From positions 126,296,001 to 126,360,000 of the forward strand of contig CM059432.1 of assembly GCA_030390025.1 (NCBI GenBank): a stretch of DNA of 64,000 nt, in the 5' to 3' direction. Both the position numbers and the translations under genes were made by a program. Below the pieces are notes generated by a model. The model saw only the letters and a program-made list of their open reading frames with translations, had not been told where the DNA came from and did no database searches. This stretch comes from Squalus acanthias. Its lineage: Eukaryota. Shown in pieces: positions 49,930 through 63,926 of this stretch. Within the stretch, counting starts at the first letter, position 1. Each line of letters opens with the position of its first letter.

Positions 49930-50225
49930 TCCCCAACACCGATCGCCAGACTCCCTACCCACCCCACCCCTACCCAGAGTCCTCCCTAGTGCCTGCTATC
50001 GCCACCCCACCCCTCTCAATCGCGGGCTCTCTCCCCCCCCCTCCCGATCGCCTCCTCTATCTCCTCTCCCGCCCCCCACAAATGATCGCGGCTTTTCTCT
50101 CCTCTCAATCGCAGGCTCCATCCCCCCTCCCGATTGTGGCCTCTATCCTACCCCCCTCCCGATCGCAGGCGCTTACCCTTCTCTCAATTGCGGGCTCTAT
50201 CCACCCTCCCGATTGTGGCCTCCAA
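49930..50225. repeat. C-rich degenerate tandem repeat (units containing ctcccgatcgc / ctctcaatcgcgg)
   Basis: Motif recurs many times at roughly 25-30 bp spacing within a GC-rich block starting near 49715. Confidence 0.6.
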
Positions 50226-51093
50226 CTATTCATTCCAAGTAAAATCATATGCCAAATAGTGAAAATAATGAGCAATTATAGATGGTACATGGTGACCTAA
50301 AGAGTGGAATAGAAGAAAATATAATAACTTCTATTCTATTCTCTCTTTGCCTCACATCACCAATACCATGATGATGATTCTGTGATGTCTTAGCATGGGA
50401 TCTAAACTGAAGTCCTCAGATTGCCATATTTACTTTGCACACTGGTTTTCAATGGTTTGAGGCAACCGATCCCAGACTAGTGCCTGTAGCGAGCCTATTG
50501 GAGTCACTAATATAAGGTGCTTGCTTCACGTTGCCATAGTTCACACACTTTATTTGACACTTGGAGTCAAAATGGAACAGTTTGAGTCATGGAAACATCA
50601 CCTGACAGTTCTCATTCGAGTCCTTTGTTGCTTCACTTTTGAAATTGTTGAATCTCATAAGTAATGCTCCCCTCTTAACTTAATGTTACCATGGCAATTA
50701 TGATGAAAAGATCACAAGGTATGACTATTTTATTGAAAACAACACTGCAGGCAAATATCTGACAAATCCAAAATGAAGACCGAGAAAATATTTGTACCAC
50801 TCTTGAATCTTGTGCTCGGTGATGTCTACGGAAAGTCTTATTCTCTCATGGGCAAATGAATTTCCAAGCAGTTCACACATCCTTAGCAAAAACTGACACA
50901 CAGTCTAACTCGGCAAGAAGCATACACCTTTCAATGATTCAGAGCACAGTAGTATTGGCCTCGCAAGTTCACAAGGTTTAAACCCAGCTCACCACCACAA
51001 GTGGAGACAAAGAACACAAGAAAGTCAAATGGGGCCCAAATCATCAAAACATTTGAAGTATATATTACAATCTATAATAAATTACAATAATTA

Positions 51094-51585
<492 letters not shown>

Positions 51586-52389
51586 TCAGCAGCAACTGCA
51601 TGATATCAAAGATAAAAAAAACACATATATTGAAAAATATGCAAGAAACAGAAACAAAAAATTCTGGAAATGTACAGCAGGTCAGTCAGTAACTGAAGGA
51701 TAAAGATAAGTTAATATCCTGGTTGGGAACCACAGTAAAACTTTATTTGAGAGAACTGTATGTATTACCAACAAGAACTCTATCATAACCACCTCAGGAG
51801 GGAGGGCTTGCTGGATATTAAAGAGATGCTGTATTAATGAGAGAAATTTGTCAAGTCTTTTTCCATACTATATTTGGCAAGGGAGTGCAACCAGAAGAAA
51901 ATGCATTATTATTGTCATAGTAGAATCAAACACAAGTGAAGTAATGATGAATTCAATTGCACTTTATGACATCACATAATTCAGTAGAAAAGTAAAAAAA
52001 AAAGACACTTTTGTTTACTTTAATGCTTTAAAAGACATTAATTATTAGCTACTTTGGCTATCCTGTTTGTGGACTAGGGCTGCAGAATTAATTATTACCA
52101 ATAGTTATTATTAAAATGCGCAAGTTCTTTCAAAGGAGCAAGGTCATCAGAAGCATCCATGAAACTGCACTTCCTGTTAAACTATTACAATGCATAGTAC
52201 AGTCCCCACTTGTCCCAGAAAATTGCCTATATCAGGCAAACAGTGCTAACCATTTCCATCGGCATCAATTACAAAGGCATCGCATAAACCATATTAAGCG
52301 TGCCAACTATTTTGGGCAGTTTAAGCAGCTGTTCGCACCTCTTTAAAGTGCTTGTTATCAAGTCCTTTCATGCAGCGCCTCTGTCTTCA

Positions 52390-53240
52390 GCCTTTTCAAT
52401 TAATGTTTGTACCTGTCCACTAGCTTTTAGTGATTTCTGTACTCAGATCCCTAAATCTCTCTGCTCCTCCACAGTTCCTTGCTTCTCACCATTTAGAAAA
52501 TACTCTGATCAATCTTTCTTAGGTCCAAAGTGGATGGCCTCACACTTCGCCACATTGCACTTCATCTGCCACAGTTTTTCCCACTGACTTAATCTATCAA
52601 TGTCCTTTTGCAACTTTTTGCTATACAAATCCATGCTGGCTCTGTTATCAGTTCATATTTGTCCAAGTGCTCAGTCACTCCGTCCCTAATAACAGATTCT
52701 AGTAGCTTCCCCACAACTGACATTAGATTGATAGGCCTATAATTTCCTAGTTTATCGTTCCTACCCTTCTTAAATAATGAAGTGACATTGCCAGTTTTCC
52801 AATCCAAGGGGACATTTCCTGAATCGAGAGTGTTTTGGAACATCATAACTTAACAAGTCAACAATTTCCTCACCTACTTCTATTAATACCCTGGGGTGAA
52901 AACCACCGGATCCTGGAGATTTTTCTATCTTTAATCTCATTAGTTTCTCCATTACCTTTTTTTCCCCACTTATATTGAATCTAGTTAGTTCCTCTCCATG
53001 ATTTATTTTTAGTTTTCCTTGTATCTCTGGTACTTTATCCTCATTCTCTACTGTGAAGACTGATACAAAGTAGCTATTTAGTAAATCTGCCATTTCCGGA
53101 TTTTGAATTACAAGATTACCTGCGTCTGTCATTAAGGGGCCCACATTACTCTTAGCCACCCTCTTTCTCTTAATACATTTGTAAAAAAAACTTTAGTGTT
53201 GTCCTAGATAGCCCTCGCAACCTTTTACTCGTATTCCCAT
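52390..53240 (-). mobile_element. CR1 LINE fragment with internal deletion
   Basis: LGNYRPINLMSVVGKLLES and KSPGSGGFHPRVL; same family as 3131-4400. Confidence 0.85.
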
Positions 53241-53867
53241 AGATATGCAGATTGAACTCTCACCAAGATTAATGAATGTAACATTAATTAGCTACTTTAA
53301 AAAGCTTGGAATCAAATATTCTACTGAGTTCAATGTATCCTTTACTGTAACAGAAACCGCACCCGTAACGTTTGAATGGTTTGTGGTCATATTTTGCCAG
53401 ACTATAATAGGTGTGTTGAAGAGGATACAAGGTAACAGGTTGCCTGCCACCTCCAGGATTTCGGCCGTCAGGTCACACCTGCCCGCTACGTAAAGTGGGC
53501 AATGTATTAATTCAAAGAATATGCCATATGTTGACTTACCCATTGAACATTTCAGGCACCAATTCCACTCCTCTGCCATTCAGTCCAACTATATCATATT
53601 TACACAGTACAGCAAAATTCAAATCCCATGCATTTCAAGGCATAGAACCTAGACACTCTGTAACTGAACACTATACATGGAATCAAAGATGACCAAATTA
53701 GGGAAGCTCTTACTATAATCTACCTCTCTATCTATCTATATATAAAGTTGGTTTGAGCTGCCATCTTGAGGTTTTCCCTCAGCAGAAAGTTTGAGTATAA
53801 GTAGCATATATAGCATAAGAAAATAAAAACAAAATGTTTATTCTTACTTAAGAGTTGTCTGCACAAT

Positions 53868-54385
53868 AAAGAAAGACTTGCATTTATATAGCGTCTTTCA
53901 CGACCTCAGGACGTCCCAAAGCGCTTTACAGCCAATGAAGTACTTTTGAAGTATAGTCACTGTTGTAATGTAGGAATGTGGCAGCCAATTAGGAACATAA
54001 CACAGGAACATAGGAACAGGAGTAGGCCATTGAGCCCCTCGAGCCTGTTCCGCCATTCAATGAGATCATGATTGATCTGCGACCTAACTCCATATACCCG
54101 CCTTTGCCCCATATCCCATAATACCTTTGGTTGACAAAAATATATCAATTTCAGATTTAAAATTAACAATTGATCTTGCATCAATTGCTGTTTGCAGAAG
54201 AGTGTTCCAAACTTCTACCACCCTTTGTGCATAGTGTTTCCTAATTTCACTCCTGAAAGGTCTGGCTCTAATTTTTAGACTATGCCCCTAGTCCTAGACT
54301 CCCCAAACTGTGGAAATGGCACACAGCAAGATCCCACAAACAGCAATGTGATAATGACCAGATAATCTGATTTAGTGTTGTTGAT
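53868..54385 (-). mobile_element. Deu-SINE 3' part interrupted by a CR1 3' fragment (about 53990-54317, minus)
   Basis: Reverse-complement match to 46130-46320 breaks at gcagccaatt| and resumes at gcacacagcaag. The intervening sequence is a CR1 3' end (aggaacataggaacaggagtaggcc). Confidence 0.8.
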
Positions 54386-55139
54386 ATTTTGTTCGAATTC
54401 ACTTACGCCCGAATTTCCTCTATCTTTTATAGTCAAGAAGGCCGTAACATGCTTATGATGCTGCAGTTTGGGCGTAACTTTCGAGGCAATTCTACCCCTA
54501 TGTATTCCTTGCTATGTTGCTAAGTGTTAGTTGCCAAGTTTCTATAAAGTTATGTAGAAACATGATATTAACTGGAGGTGAGGCAGCTTGATGGTTTTTC
54601 TGACATTTGTTTCCCAATTAAGTCTATTATTCAAAAAACTTGTTTCTATCTGGGGACAATTAGGTCCACGGAGATACTCTAATTGGACTGTTATTATATC
54701 ACTCAACTCTGACTCATTGTGGGGCCTTTAAGGACTCCTTTGGCTGTCATAACACGATCATTTATTAACAGTTGTAACTCTTTGTACTTCTCTAATAAGT
54801 GATAGCCACTAAATGGAAAACCTGAATACAAAACCCTACCTCCTTGTGTAGTTCTAGGTGTATTTAAACTTCTTGCTGGAGTTTTATTTTTTTCCTCCAA
54901 TTTTCTCCCTTTGTTTCTTGAAGCTGTGACTCATGCTGGACTAAAGCTCTACAGCTGCCTGTAGGTCTCCTAGACAGCAATGCCGTGATTTTGCAATTCT
55001 GAAAAAATTGGGGTTGCGAATGCCAGTTGCAAAAAAAATAGGCTTGTTCTAAGGACCTAGTGTTCTTTCTTCTTCAACTCGTGCAGGCACCTTGGAATGG
55101 CACACAATGAAAGGATCATGTCTTTCTTCGGCATGCATG

Positions 55140-55420
55140 TTTCATGTTTCTGTGATCAGATATCACCTGAAAAGTGACTGAGCGCAAATCCTTAATGTTT
55201 AAGACCACCATGGGTTTAACATGAAGAGCTCCAATGCCCTCATGGACTAAACTTGAGGGAACCCCGTTATCTGGTGAACGTTGTGAGTCCTATCCAGTTG
55301 ATGTCTTCTTTCCACAGGGAAAGTGATGCAGGCGTTATTCCTTGCAACCACAGTGGTTGTCACTTGCTTGATACATGTGTGCACTGAAGACTGTCTAATG
55401 TCCCCTGAAATGCCCTACAG
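55140..55420 (-). pseudogene. Second Harbinger transposase remnant
   Basis: Minus translation IRQSSVHTCIKQVTTTVVARNNACITFPVERRHQLDRTHNVHQITGFPQV* matches the region just before the GAIDCTH motif. Confidence 0.65.
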
Positions 55421-56295
55421 TTAACCACAGAGAGTGGTCAGCTCTGTGGCACTGCTGTGCTTTTGTTGATGCCAGACTGACAGGTGGCCAGAATGCCCCG
55501 GCCAAAGCAGAGTTCCAGCAGTCTGCGGGTGGGCCCTCTAGGCCCAGAACTCCTTGAGGTAGCTCAACACGGCCATCTCAAGTGCCCTCAGCAGAAGTTC
55601 AGCAGCCTTCTACCTCCCAAACTGTATCCATTGGAGAACCACCTTGTAAGAGCCCGAGAATAGATGAATGAGCACAGGGGTTTTGCACAAGAGTGATTGT
55701 TAGTACTCTATGTTCAATATTATCATTTCTCAAATGAGGAGTAGTAAACTATTATTTTTGGAATGCTGTTGGGCATCATATTCATACTGCAGTAAAAGCA
55801 ATACCCAGGGATTCAGGTGGTGGGTGTAAGGAGTGGATGAATTAGGGAGGGGAGGTTGGTGCATTGGGGAGTGAAGGGATTCTTCATGAAAACTGCTCCA
55901 ATGATTTTCTGCCTGACAGTTCTGGCAGGTGGCCTTATCGCCTCCTTACTGTTCTTCCTGCTCCAGATCTTCCTCCTGTGGTGGCTTCAAGTCTTCGCCC
56001 CTTTGCAGTGTGAAATTGTGCAGCATGTAGACAATGACAAATTGTGACACTCACTCTGGCATATACTGCATCATGTCTCCAGAGTGGTCAAGACAATGGA
56101 CTCCTTGCTTCAAGACCCCTATAATCTGCAGTGACTGTTCCAGGTCTCTGTCTGGGTTTCATACAAGAGTCATGAGCCAGGTGTTAAGGGGATACCCAAT
56201 GTCCCCAAGTAGCCAGTCTCTGACCTGATGGTCTGGGTGGAAGAGAAGGGGTAGACTGGCATGGTGTGAAGGTGTCATGATGACTGGCAGGAAAT

Positions 56296-59200
56296 CAACA
56301 ACAACTTGCATTTATATAGCGTCCTTAACGTCGGAAAATGGCCCAAGGCATTTAACAGGAGCATAGTCAGAAAAAAATTGACACCGAGCCAAAGAAGGAA
56401 ATATTAGGATGGCTGACTAAATGCTTGGTCAAAGAGCTAGGTTTTGAGGAGCATCTTAAAAGGAGAAGAAAGAGAGGTGGAGAGGTTTAGGGAGAGAATC
56501 CCAGAGCTTAGGGCCTAGATGGCTGAAGGCACGGCTGCCAATGGTCTGGCAAAGTGATGGGGGATGCACAAGTCCAGAGTTGGAGGAACGCAGAGTTCTT
56601 GGAGGGTGGTAGGATTGGAAGATGTTACAGAAATAGGGAAGAGCATGGTCATGGAGGGATTTGAACACAAAAATGAGAATTTTTAAATCCAGGTATTGGT
56701 GGACCGGGAACCAATGTAGGTCAGCGAGCACAGCGGTGATGGGTGAGTGGGACTTGGTGTGAGTTAGGATATGGGCAGCAGAATTTTGGCTAAATTTAAG
56801 TTAATGGAGGGTGGAAGATGAGTGGCCGGCCAGGAGAGCACTGAAATAGTGGAGCCTGGATAATGGTTTCAGCAGCAGATTTTTTTTTTTTTTTTATTCG
56901 TTCCTGGGATGTGGGCATCGCTGGCAAGGCCAGCATTTATTGCCCATCTCTAATTGCCCTCGAGGTGGTGGTGGTGAGCCTCCTTCTTGAACCGCTGCAG
57001 TTCGCATGGTGAAGGGACACCCAATAGTGCTGTTAGGGAAGGAGTTCGACCCAGCGCTGATGAAGGAACACCGATATATTTCCAAGTCAGGATGGTGTGT
57101 TACTTGGAAGGGAACTTGGATGTGATGGTGTTCCCATGTGCCTGGTGCCCTTGTCCTTCTAGGTGGTAGAGGTTGCAGGTTTGTGAGGTGCTGTCGAAGA
57201 AGCCTTGGTGAGTTGCTGCAGTGCATCTTGTAGATGGTACACACTGCAGCCATGGTGCGCTGGTGGTGGAGGGAGTGAATGTTTAGGGTGTTGGATGGGG
57301 TGCCAATCAAGCGGGCTACTTTGTCCTGGATGATGACGAGCTTTTTGAATGTTGTTGGAGCTGCACTCATTCAGGCAAGTGGAGAGTATTCCATCACACT
57401 CCTGACTTGTGCCTTGTAGATAGTGGAAAGGCTTTGGGGGAGTCGGGAGGCGAGACACTCGCCGCAGAATACCCAGCCTCTGACCTGCTTTTGTAGCCAC
57501 AGTATTTATGTGGCTGGTCCAGTTAAGTTTCATGTTGATGGTGGGGGATTCGGCGATGGTAATGCCATTGAATGTCAAGGGGCGGTGGTTAGACTCTCAC
57601 TTGTTGGAGATAGTCATTGCCTGATGAGCTGAGGCGGGGCGGAGACAGGCAATATAACGAACATGGATGTCGTGGTCTTGGAGAAGATATTGGGTCAGAA
57701 GCTTAACTCACGTGTCAAATAGGACACCGAGGTTGCGAACAGTCTGGTAGAGCCCGAGACAGAACACGGTAGATTTGAAAGTGAGAGGGACAGTACCCGA
57801 GGAGAGGGAACCGTTTACAATATCAGCTAGCATGGGGGCCAGAAAGGGAAGTTAGGTTCAGGGCTAGGGCAGTGTGGAACCTTGGGGGAAGCATGGCTTG
57901 ATGAGCAAAAGGAAGGGAGGGCTGCAGCCGAGGCAGCTGAATGGAGTGTCTTAATCTTAGTAACAAAGAAGTCAATAAACTTCTTGCACTTGTTGGAGGT
58001 GAGGGTGGAAGAGGTAAGGGAGAGAGGTTTAAGGATTTGGTTGGTAGTGAAGAAAAGAATCTTTACATTCTAAGATGATCAGGAGCAGTGAACAGTTTTG
58101 ACAGAGGAGAGCAGGGCCTGATGGTGCTTGATGTGGTCCAGCCAGATCTGGCGATGAATGGCTAAACCAGTTGTGCACATTCAAGTCAACTTCCCTTGGA
58201 CTTAAGGAAGTGAAAATGGGGGCCGTAACAAGGGGAATGGCCAGGGTGGGAGAGAGTAAGAGCTTTACTGGGGACAAAGGCATCAAAGCTGGAGGTGAGG
58301 GTGTGATTGAGCAGATCAGTAGAATGGAGGGCCAAAGGCTAGACAGCTGGGAATTTGAAAAAGCCATTGAAAATGACTTATTTTCCAGGGCGGATGCAGA
58401 AGAAGGTGGGCTTAGAAGGGAGATGCGAGTGTTGAGGGACAAAAGGAAGAGATCAGAGATGGTCTTGTCTGTGATTGAGTCGATGGGAATAGAGAGGCCA
58501 CGTGAGATGGCAAATTCTAGGGTATGGCCGTGAAAATGGGTAGGATGGTTTATATGGAGGGATAGGTTAAGGGAGGACAGGAAGGCAATGAATTCAGAGG
58601 AGAGAGGGCAAGGTGAGTTGAGACGGAGATTGAAATCACCAAGGATGAGAAGTCGCTCAGGGTAGAGGCTAAGGGAGGAAAAAAATGAGGATATTTTGGT
58701 GAGAAACTTGGGATGAGGCTTGGGTGGGCAGTAGAGAATGAGGATTTTAAAGGAGGTGAGAGAGGTGGAACAAGGTGAGGTGCTCAAAGGAGGAGAAGGG
58801 GGGACTGTCCAAGGTGATATTTGGTATTAAGGGCCGTGGTTTGGGTGGTGCAGGTGTTGGAAGGTATAGCCAGGTGGGAAGGCTTCAATAATGGGAAAGG
58901 TGTCATCACTCGTAAGCCAAGTTTCCGTCGAGGCTATGATGTCAATGCAACCATCCATAATAAGGTAATGGATGGCAATGGCCTTGTTCGCAAGTGAATG
59001 GACACTCTGGAGGGAGATTGGAGAGGGGCGGTGATTGTTAATCCGCTGGCAGAGTCCATGGGGTCAGCGGTGGAATGGGTGAGTGGGACAGGAAGGAGGT
59101 TGGCAAGATTAGACCCCAGCGGGCGCACTGGGTGGGAAGGTCAGCAAGAGAAGAGGATGGGGAAGTTGAGGTTACTGCTTGTAAGGAAGAAGTGACGAGT

Positions 59201-59400
59201 GCCACGATGGGCTCTTCAGAGAATGATAAGAGGCACAGAGGGAATCTGTGGGCTTATCCAGGAGTAAGCCTGGGATGGCAGCAGGAGAGTAGGAAGCTAG
59301 AGGAATAATGAAGGATTGGGGGAGGGATTTGGCAGGAAAAGTACCCGAGATGGGAGAAATAAAAGGAGGCATGACAGGAGGGGGAGGAGACAGGAGAGAA
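56296..59400 (-). mobile_element. L2 LINE remnant (3' end, EN region, upstream sequence) interrupted at 56881-57622
   Basis: L2 tail caacaacaacttgcatttatatagc, LADLHWFPV...AFSHLGPKLWDSLP, and ORF 58029-58787 with LYCPP, LILGDFN, PTHFHGHTLE. Confidence 0.82.
56881..57622 (-). mobile_element. 3' fragment of the poly(A)-tailed LINE family, nested in L2
   Basis: T-run at 56880-56894 then near-identity to 35830-36580. The host L2 sequence cagcagcagat|gagctgagg is split, with a possible GAT duplication. Confidence 0.88.
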
Positions 59401-59407
59401 GTGCCCT

Positions 59408-59885
59408 AATTCACCAGAATGATACCAGGGCTAAAAGGGTTAAATTATGAGGACAGGTTGCATCGACTCGGCTTGTATTCCCTTGAGTATAGAAGATTAA
59501 GGGGTGATATAATTGAGGTGTTTAAGATGATTGAAGGATTTGACAGGGTAGATAGAGAGAAAATATTTCCTCTGTTGGGGAAGTCCAGAACAAGGGGCTA
59601 TAAACATTAAAATTAGAGCTAGGCTGTTCAGGGGTGATGTCAGAAAACACTTCTTCACACAAAGGGTAGTGGAAATCTGGAACTCTCTCCCCAAAAAGCT
59701 ATTGAGGCTGGGGGTCAATTGAAAATTTAAAAACTGAGATTGATAGATTTTTGCTCGGCAAGGGTATTAAGGGTTACGGAACCAAGGCAGGTGGATGGAG
59801 TTAAGATATAGATCAGCCGTGGTCTAATTGAATGGCGAAACAGGCTCGAGGGTCTGAATGGTCTACTCCTGTTCCTATGTTCCTA
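59408..59885 (+). mobile_element. CR1 3' fragment
   Basis: MIPGLKGLNYEDRLHRLGLYSLEYRRLRGD and 3' end cctgttcctatgttcct. Confidence 0.88.
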
Positions 59886-62172
59886 AAGAGAAAAGAAAAA
59901 GGGAGCAAGTAGAAATGGGCACAGGTCCTGTGCAGCAGCCAAAATGCACACACAAATGGACACAGGGAAAACTAGGGTTACATAGGCATGGCAAAGATTA
60001 GGATAGATATATTCCAGTTGTAAATGGAGAATAGGGAGGAAACAATAAAATATTGTCGAAAGTTAAGCAGTCCCGTGGTGAGAGGAGTTGACTTGTAGAT
60101 AGGGTGAAGTCAGCTTGGAGCATCAATGAACTAAGGTCCAGATTCAGAGATAGGTGTGGAGGGTGAGTGAGTCCAGGAGCTGTTTGAGGGGCAGGGTATA
60201 AGTGGATGCACTGCTGGAGGTTTTCCCGTGGAAAATGGAGAGCTGAGGAGGCTTGAAGAATCGACGATGAGCCAGGGCTTCAGCAGAGGCGAGTAGTGGC
60301 ATTGGTGATAAGCAAGGCACACAAATGGATATAGCATACCAGCGGAGGGGTGAATGGAGTCAGTGACAATGGGCAGCAGGCGGAAAGCGGATGATTAAAG
60401 GTCATTCAGCAGCAGTGGAGCAGAATCCAGAGCAGGATAGGAACCGACAGGATCAGAGCTAGCTCAGAGTAGAGTGGAAAATTCCCAGCAGAGGAGCAGA
60501 AAAAGGGGAACATAGGAGCAGGTCAGAAACTAGAATCCAGATGGGCCAACTGTCTCCGTAGAAAACAGCAGTGAAGCTGGAGGTCACTATAATGTCCAGA
60601 AACAGCGGAGAAATGGACTTCGATCCAAGAGAAAGTGGATTTCTGTCTAGGACCTACGCAGCAGCAAAAGAAAGCTGAGAAACCAGCAGTGCACTGGAGT
60701 ACAGTCAGCAGCTCAGCAGGTAACAGCAGCAGGTGGGGGATGGGCTGTAGACTGGAAAAAGTTACAGTAAAACTTGAAGCGACTCAGTAGCAGAGCAGAG
60801 TCACAACAGCAGAGTCAGTGTAAATTCCTGAGATCTTCAAATTAACAGTTTATATTAAATGGTGCGTCTGATTTGGAAACCTATTATAGGATACATGCAA
60901 GAGTAAGTAGTTTACTTTTAAGCACTTACCCAAAAACAAATATTCCACGTTATGGAGTTGGCAACCCCCCTGTTGCATTTTCTTTTAGATGTTGCACGGT
61001 TGTCACTTGATGTGCCAAGCTAACCATAGATTAATAGCTACATTGCTACATTACTACTTACAGAAGGGTAGATTCCCGAGAAAGAGCTACTGAGAGAACT
61101 GATACCGGAAAGTGATTACTTGGCAGTGCTCTCATTGAGGAGCTCAAATGACAGTTTGTAATGTCACCTGATCCTCGAGATGAGATGACATTACAAGTTG
61201 TCTTCTGCCAGCAAATTATGGCATGGTAGTTACTGGCCAGCATATTACGTTCGTTACTGTATAATGAAGAGCAAGTTGAAGGAAATAATAATTGTGAGGG
61301 AACAATCGCAAGTCTATCAAGTGAAGCCCACAGTTGGTTAACGGGAGCTAATGCTGTCAGTATACATTAAAAGGTGAACCATGGGTTCGGAATATGTCAT
61401 AAACAACTGTTGCATTTATATTTTGAGCAATGCTCCGACTCTGCTGGCCGTGCTGTAATATAAACAAGGAGGTACTATTGCCTTTCGCAGCAGAAGTTGA
61501 TTTCTTGCTGAAATGTCAGAGGCAAAGCAACATTGAGAGCAGACAAAAACGGGCACTGGAGGCCACGGACGTGCTGAATTCTCACTTTTTGCATTACTGG
61601 CCTGACCAGACATTGGGGACACGGCGTCAGAAAATTCAAGTCACAATAAAACAACTCTGCACGAGTAGTCGATTCAGTATTGGAATCAATGCTCTGAAGG
61701 GTCAAATTTCAGGACATCAGCAGCCTCACGTATTCCAGGGGAAAGAGTGCTGCGATGTAAATGCTGCAAATGACAATAAAGCTGAGGTAGATTTATATAA
61801 GTCATCTATTACTGACTGGTTTGAGACTCTTTTTTGGGTTGACATTTCACTGTGTGAAATTAGTAACACATTTGCATGCAATTTCTCTGACTGATATTTT
61901 AACAGACGTGGTAACTCATTTACTTCAAATCTGCTAATGCCTTTATTAAAATGTAGCACAGCCGAATTTCATGTGAATACATTGATGAGTATTATGTCGC
62001 AAAGTACAATTTTAATCTTTTTTTAAACAATACTTGTTTTAACAACAGGACTGATTTATAAATGGAATGTTGTCAGCAAGTGGCATATGATTGTTGGGAG
62101 GATTGAAAAAATGCACAAATGATTTTCAATTGATCCTAAAGCTACACATCACAGGCAGTACTTAAATACTAA

Positions 62173-63926
62173 GGGCTGAATTTTGCCGGCGCTCAGAGGG
62201 CAGGTTTGGAGGCGGGTCCGCTGTCAACCTGTCTCCACGCGAATCTCCCAGGTGTCGGGTCTGTCTACACAGAACTGACCCAATACCAAGCGGCGGGGGA
62301 GATAATTGAGATCATTAAATGGCTTGTTAACAGCCAATTTAATGCTATTTTGAGCCTACCTTGTAATTTTACGTGCTCCCCACGGGTTACCTGCTGCTCG
62401 GGGAATACACCAGCTCACCCTGGCATTAGTTGAGTCTGCTTTGATTTATCAGATAACCTGACAGCTGCAGAAGTGGTATAAAGGATGCCATGTTGCAGCT
62501 GTTCAGTTTCAGAGCTCAGAAACTGTTGGTTACTTCATTTGTAAGACATATAGAGATTTCTTTAGCTTGCAAGTGTTTAGAGCCAACTGTATATCCAGTG
62601 GCACCTCATTGAAACAATCTCTCTCACCACTGACAGATTGCTTCTGTCATCTCAACTGCAGCTGCCATCTATTGCAGCCCTTGAAAAAAATCACACCTTG
62701 GTCCTCTGAATCCTTCCACAATCAGCCTCAACACCAACATCACCAGGCACAGCAACATCACCAACAACATCACCAACCTTCGCCGCCATCACCTGATGCT
62801 GCACAGACCACAGGGCATCAGCACCCGAGCACATTGCTGCTCGGGAGGCCAGCGATGGCATCACCATGGCCAGATTTACTTCACCTGACACTGTACACAC
62901 TGGCTGCCACATGATGCGGCAGGTTGACACCATCCCACACCAGCACCATAAAGCATCCCTATAATGTCCAAGCCATTCCTTTCACACTCATCACAATAGC
63001 TGGGGGGGGGGGGCGGGGGGGAAAGAGTTATGTCTCAACAGTCACTGGAACTCACTAAGACACTTCTCAAGGTGCACACAGATCTGTCCAATAAGATGAA
63101 GTGCTGAAAATATAGATTTCAATGTATGACAACACAAACAGCAACTTCACATGAACATTGGCTAAACCTCTCAAGTGTCTACCCTTGTGTGTTGTTAGTT
63201 GGTATGCTTGCTGTAGGATGAGGGTGAGTGTGAGGGGTGGCTAGTGAGATGGGGAAGTGATAATGTAGATAGAGAGGGATGGGTGGCGGTGCAAGTTAAG
63301 TTGGTGTGAGTAAGGATGTGCAGGAGTAGGATAGGGAAGGCAGAGTGATGGGGATGGGATGAGTGGCACAGCAGGATGAGGTTGAGTGTGGCTTTGCAGT
63401 AATGTTTCATGATCTACTGAGTTCATTGAAAGGTTGGCGCCACTGCAGCCAGGGACTCCTGACGACATCCCTGCTTGTGTCCTCCTGTGCAATGTGCAAC
63501 CAGACTGCTTTGATCTCCTGGGGAGGTCTCTTCCGCCCATTGGAAGGGAAGAGAATCTCCCTGCGTGCTGTGACTCCCTCCATAAGCATATGGAGGGAAT
63601 CATGCGTGAGCCTGGGTGCAGACATGCACCTTTGTGCAGTGCTCGTCAGTGTTTGCAGCACCTCAATGCTGCAGAAAACACTGACAGCACAACTGTCAAA
63701 ATCAAGGTGGCCGTGGTCCCTTTAAGGAAACCGGCTGATGACACGTCATCAAAGGACGTCATCAGACCCGTTTCCTGTTAATTGGCCAGGAACCCCGCAG
63801 GGCGGGCTTAATAAGGCCAATCTACAGAAAATCATTTTCAGAGAGCGGCTGCAGACGGGAGCGGGACCGGAACCCACCAACCAGCTCTCCCGCCGCCATC
63901 CCGCCTCCGCAAGGAAAATCCAGCCC
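62173..63926 (-). mobile_element. Non-autonomous PIF/Harbinger transposon carrying a Myb/SANT-like ORF remnant
   Basis: TIR GGGCTGAATTTT / AAAATCCAGCCC and canonical TAA TSD (62170-62172, 63927-63929). ORF 63407-63661 reads APRLTHDSLHMLMEGVTARREILFP...RPP..IKAVWLHIA.....W.Q....FNEL. Confidence 0.9.

Noticed and set aside
49930..50225. CRISPR-like repeat-spacer array
   Set aside because: Eukaryotic context, degenerate low-complexity units, no unique spacers and no cas genes.
61430..61894. 154-aa plus-strand ORF
   Set aside because: No recognisable domain or splice context. Probably a chance ORF in unique intronic DNA.
62567..62914. Gln/His-rich ORF as a transcription-factor exon
   Set aside because: It lies inside the TIR/TSD-bounded Harbinger element, and the homologous segment at about 10500-10740 does not keep the frame.
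63002..63021. G-runs here and at about 49745 and 35045 as functional G-quadruplexes
   Set aside because: These are simple homopolymer expansions within or next to repeats, with no supporting evidence and prone to sequencing error.
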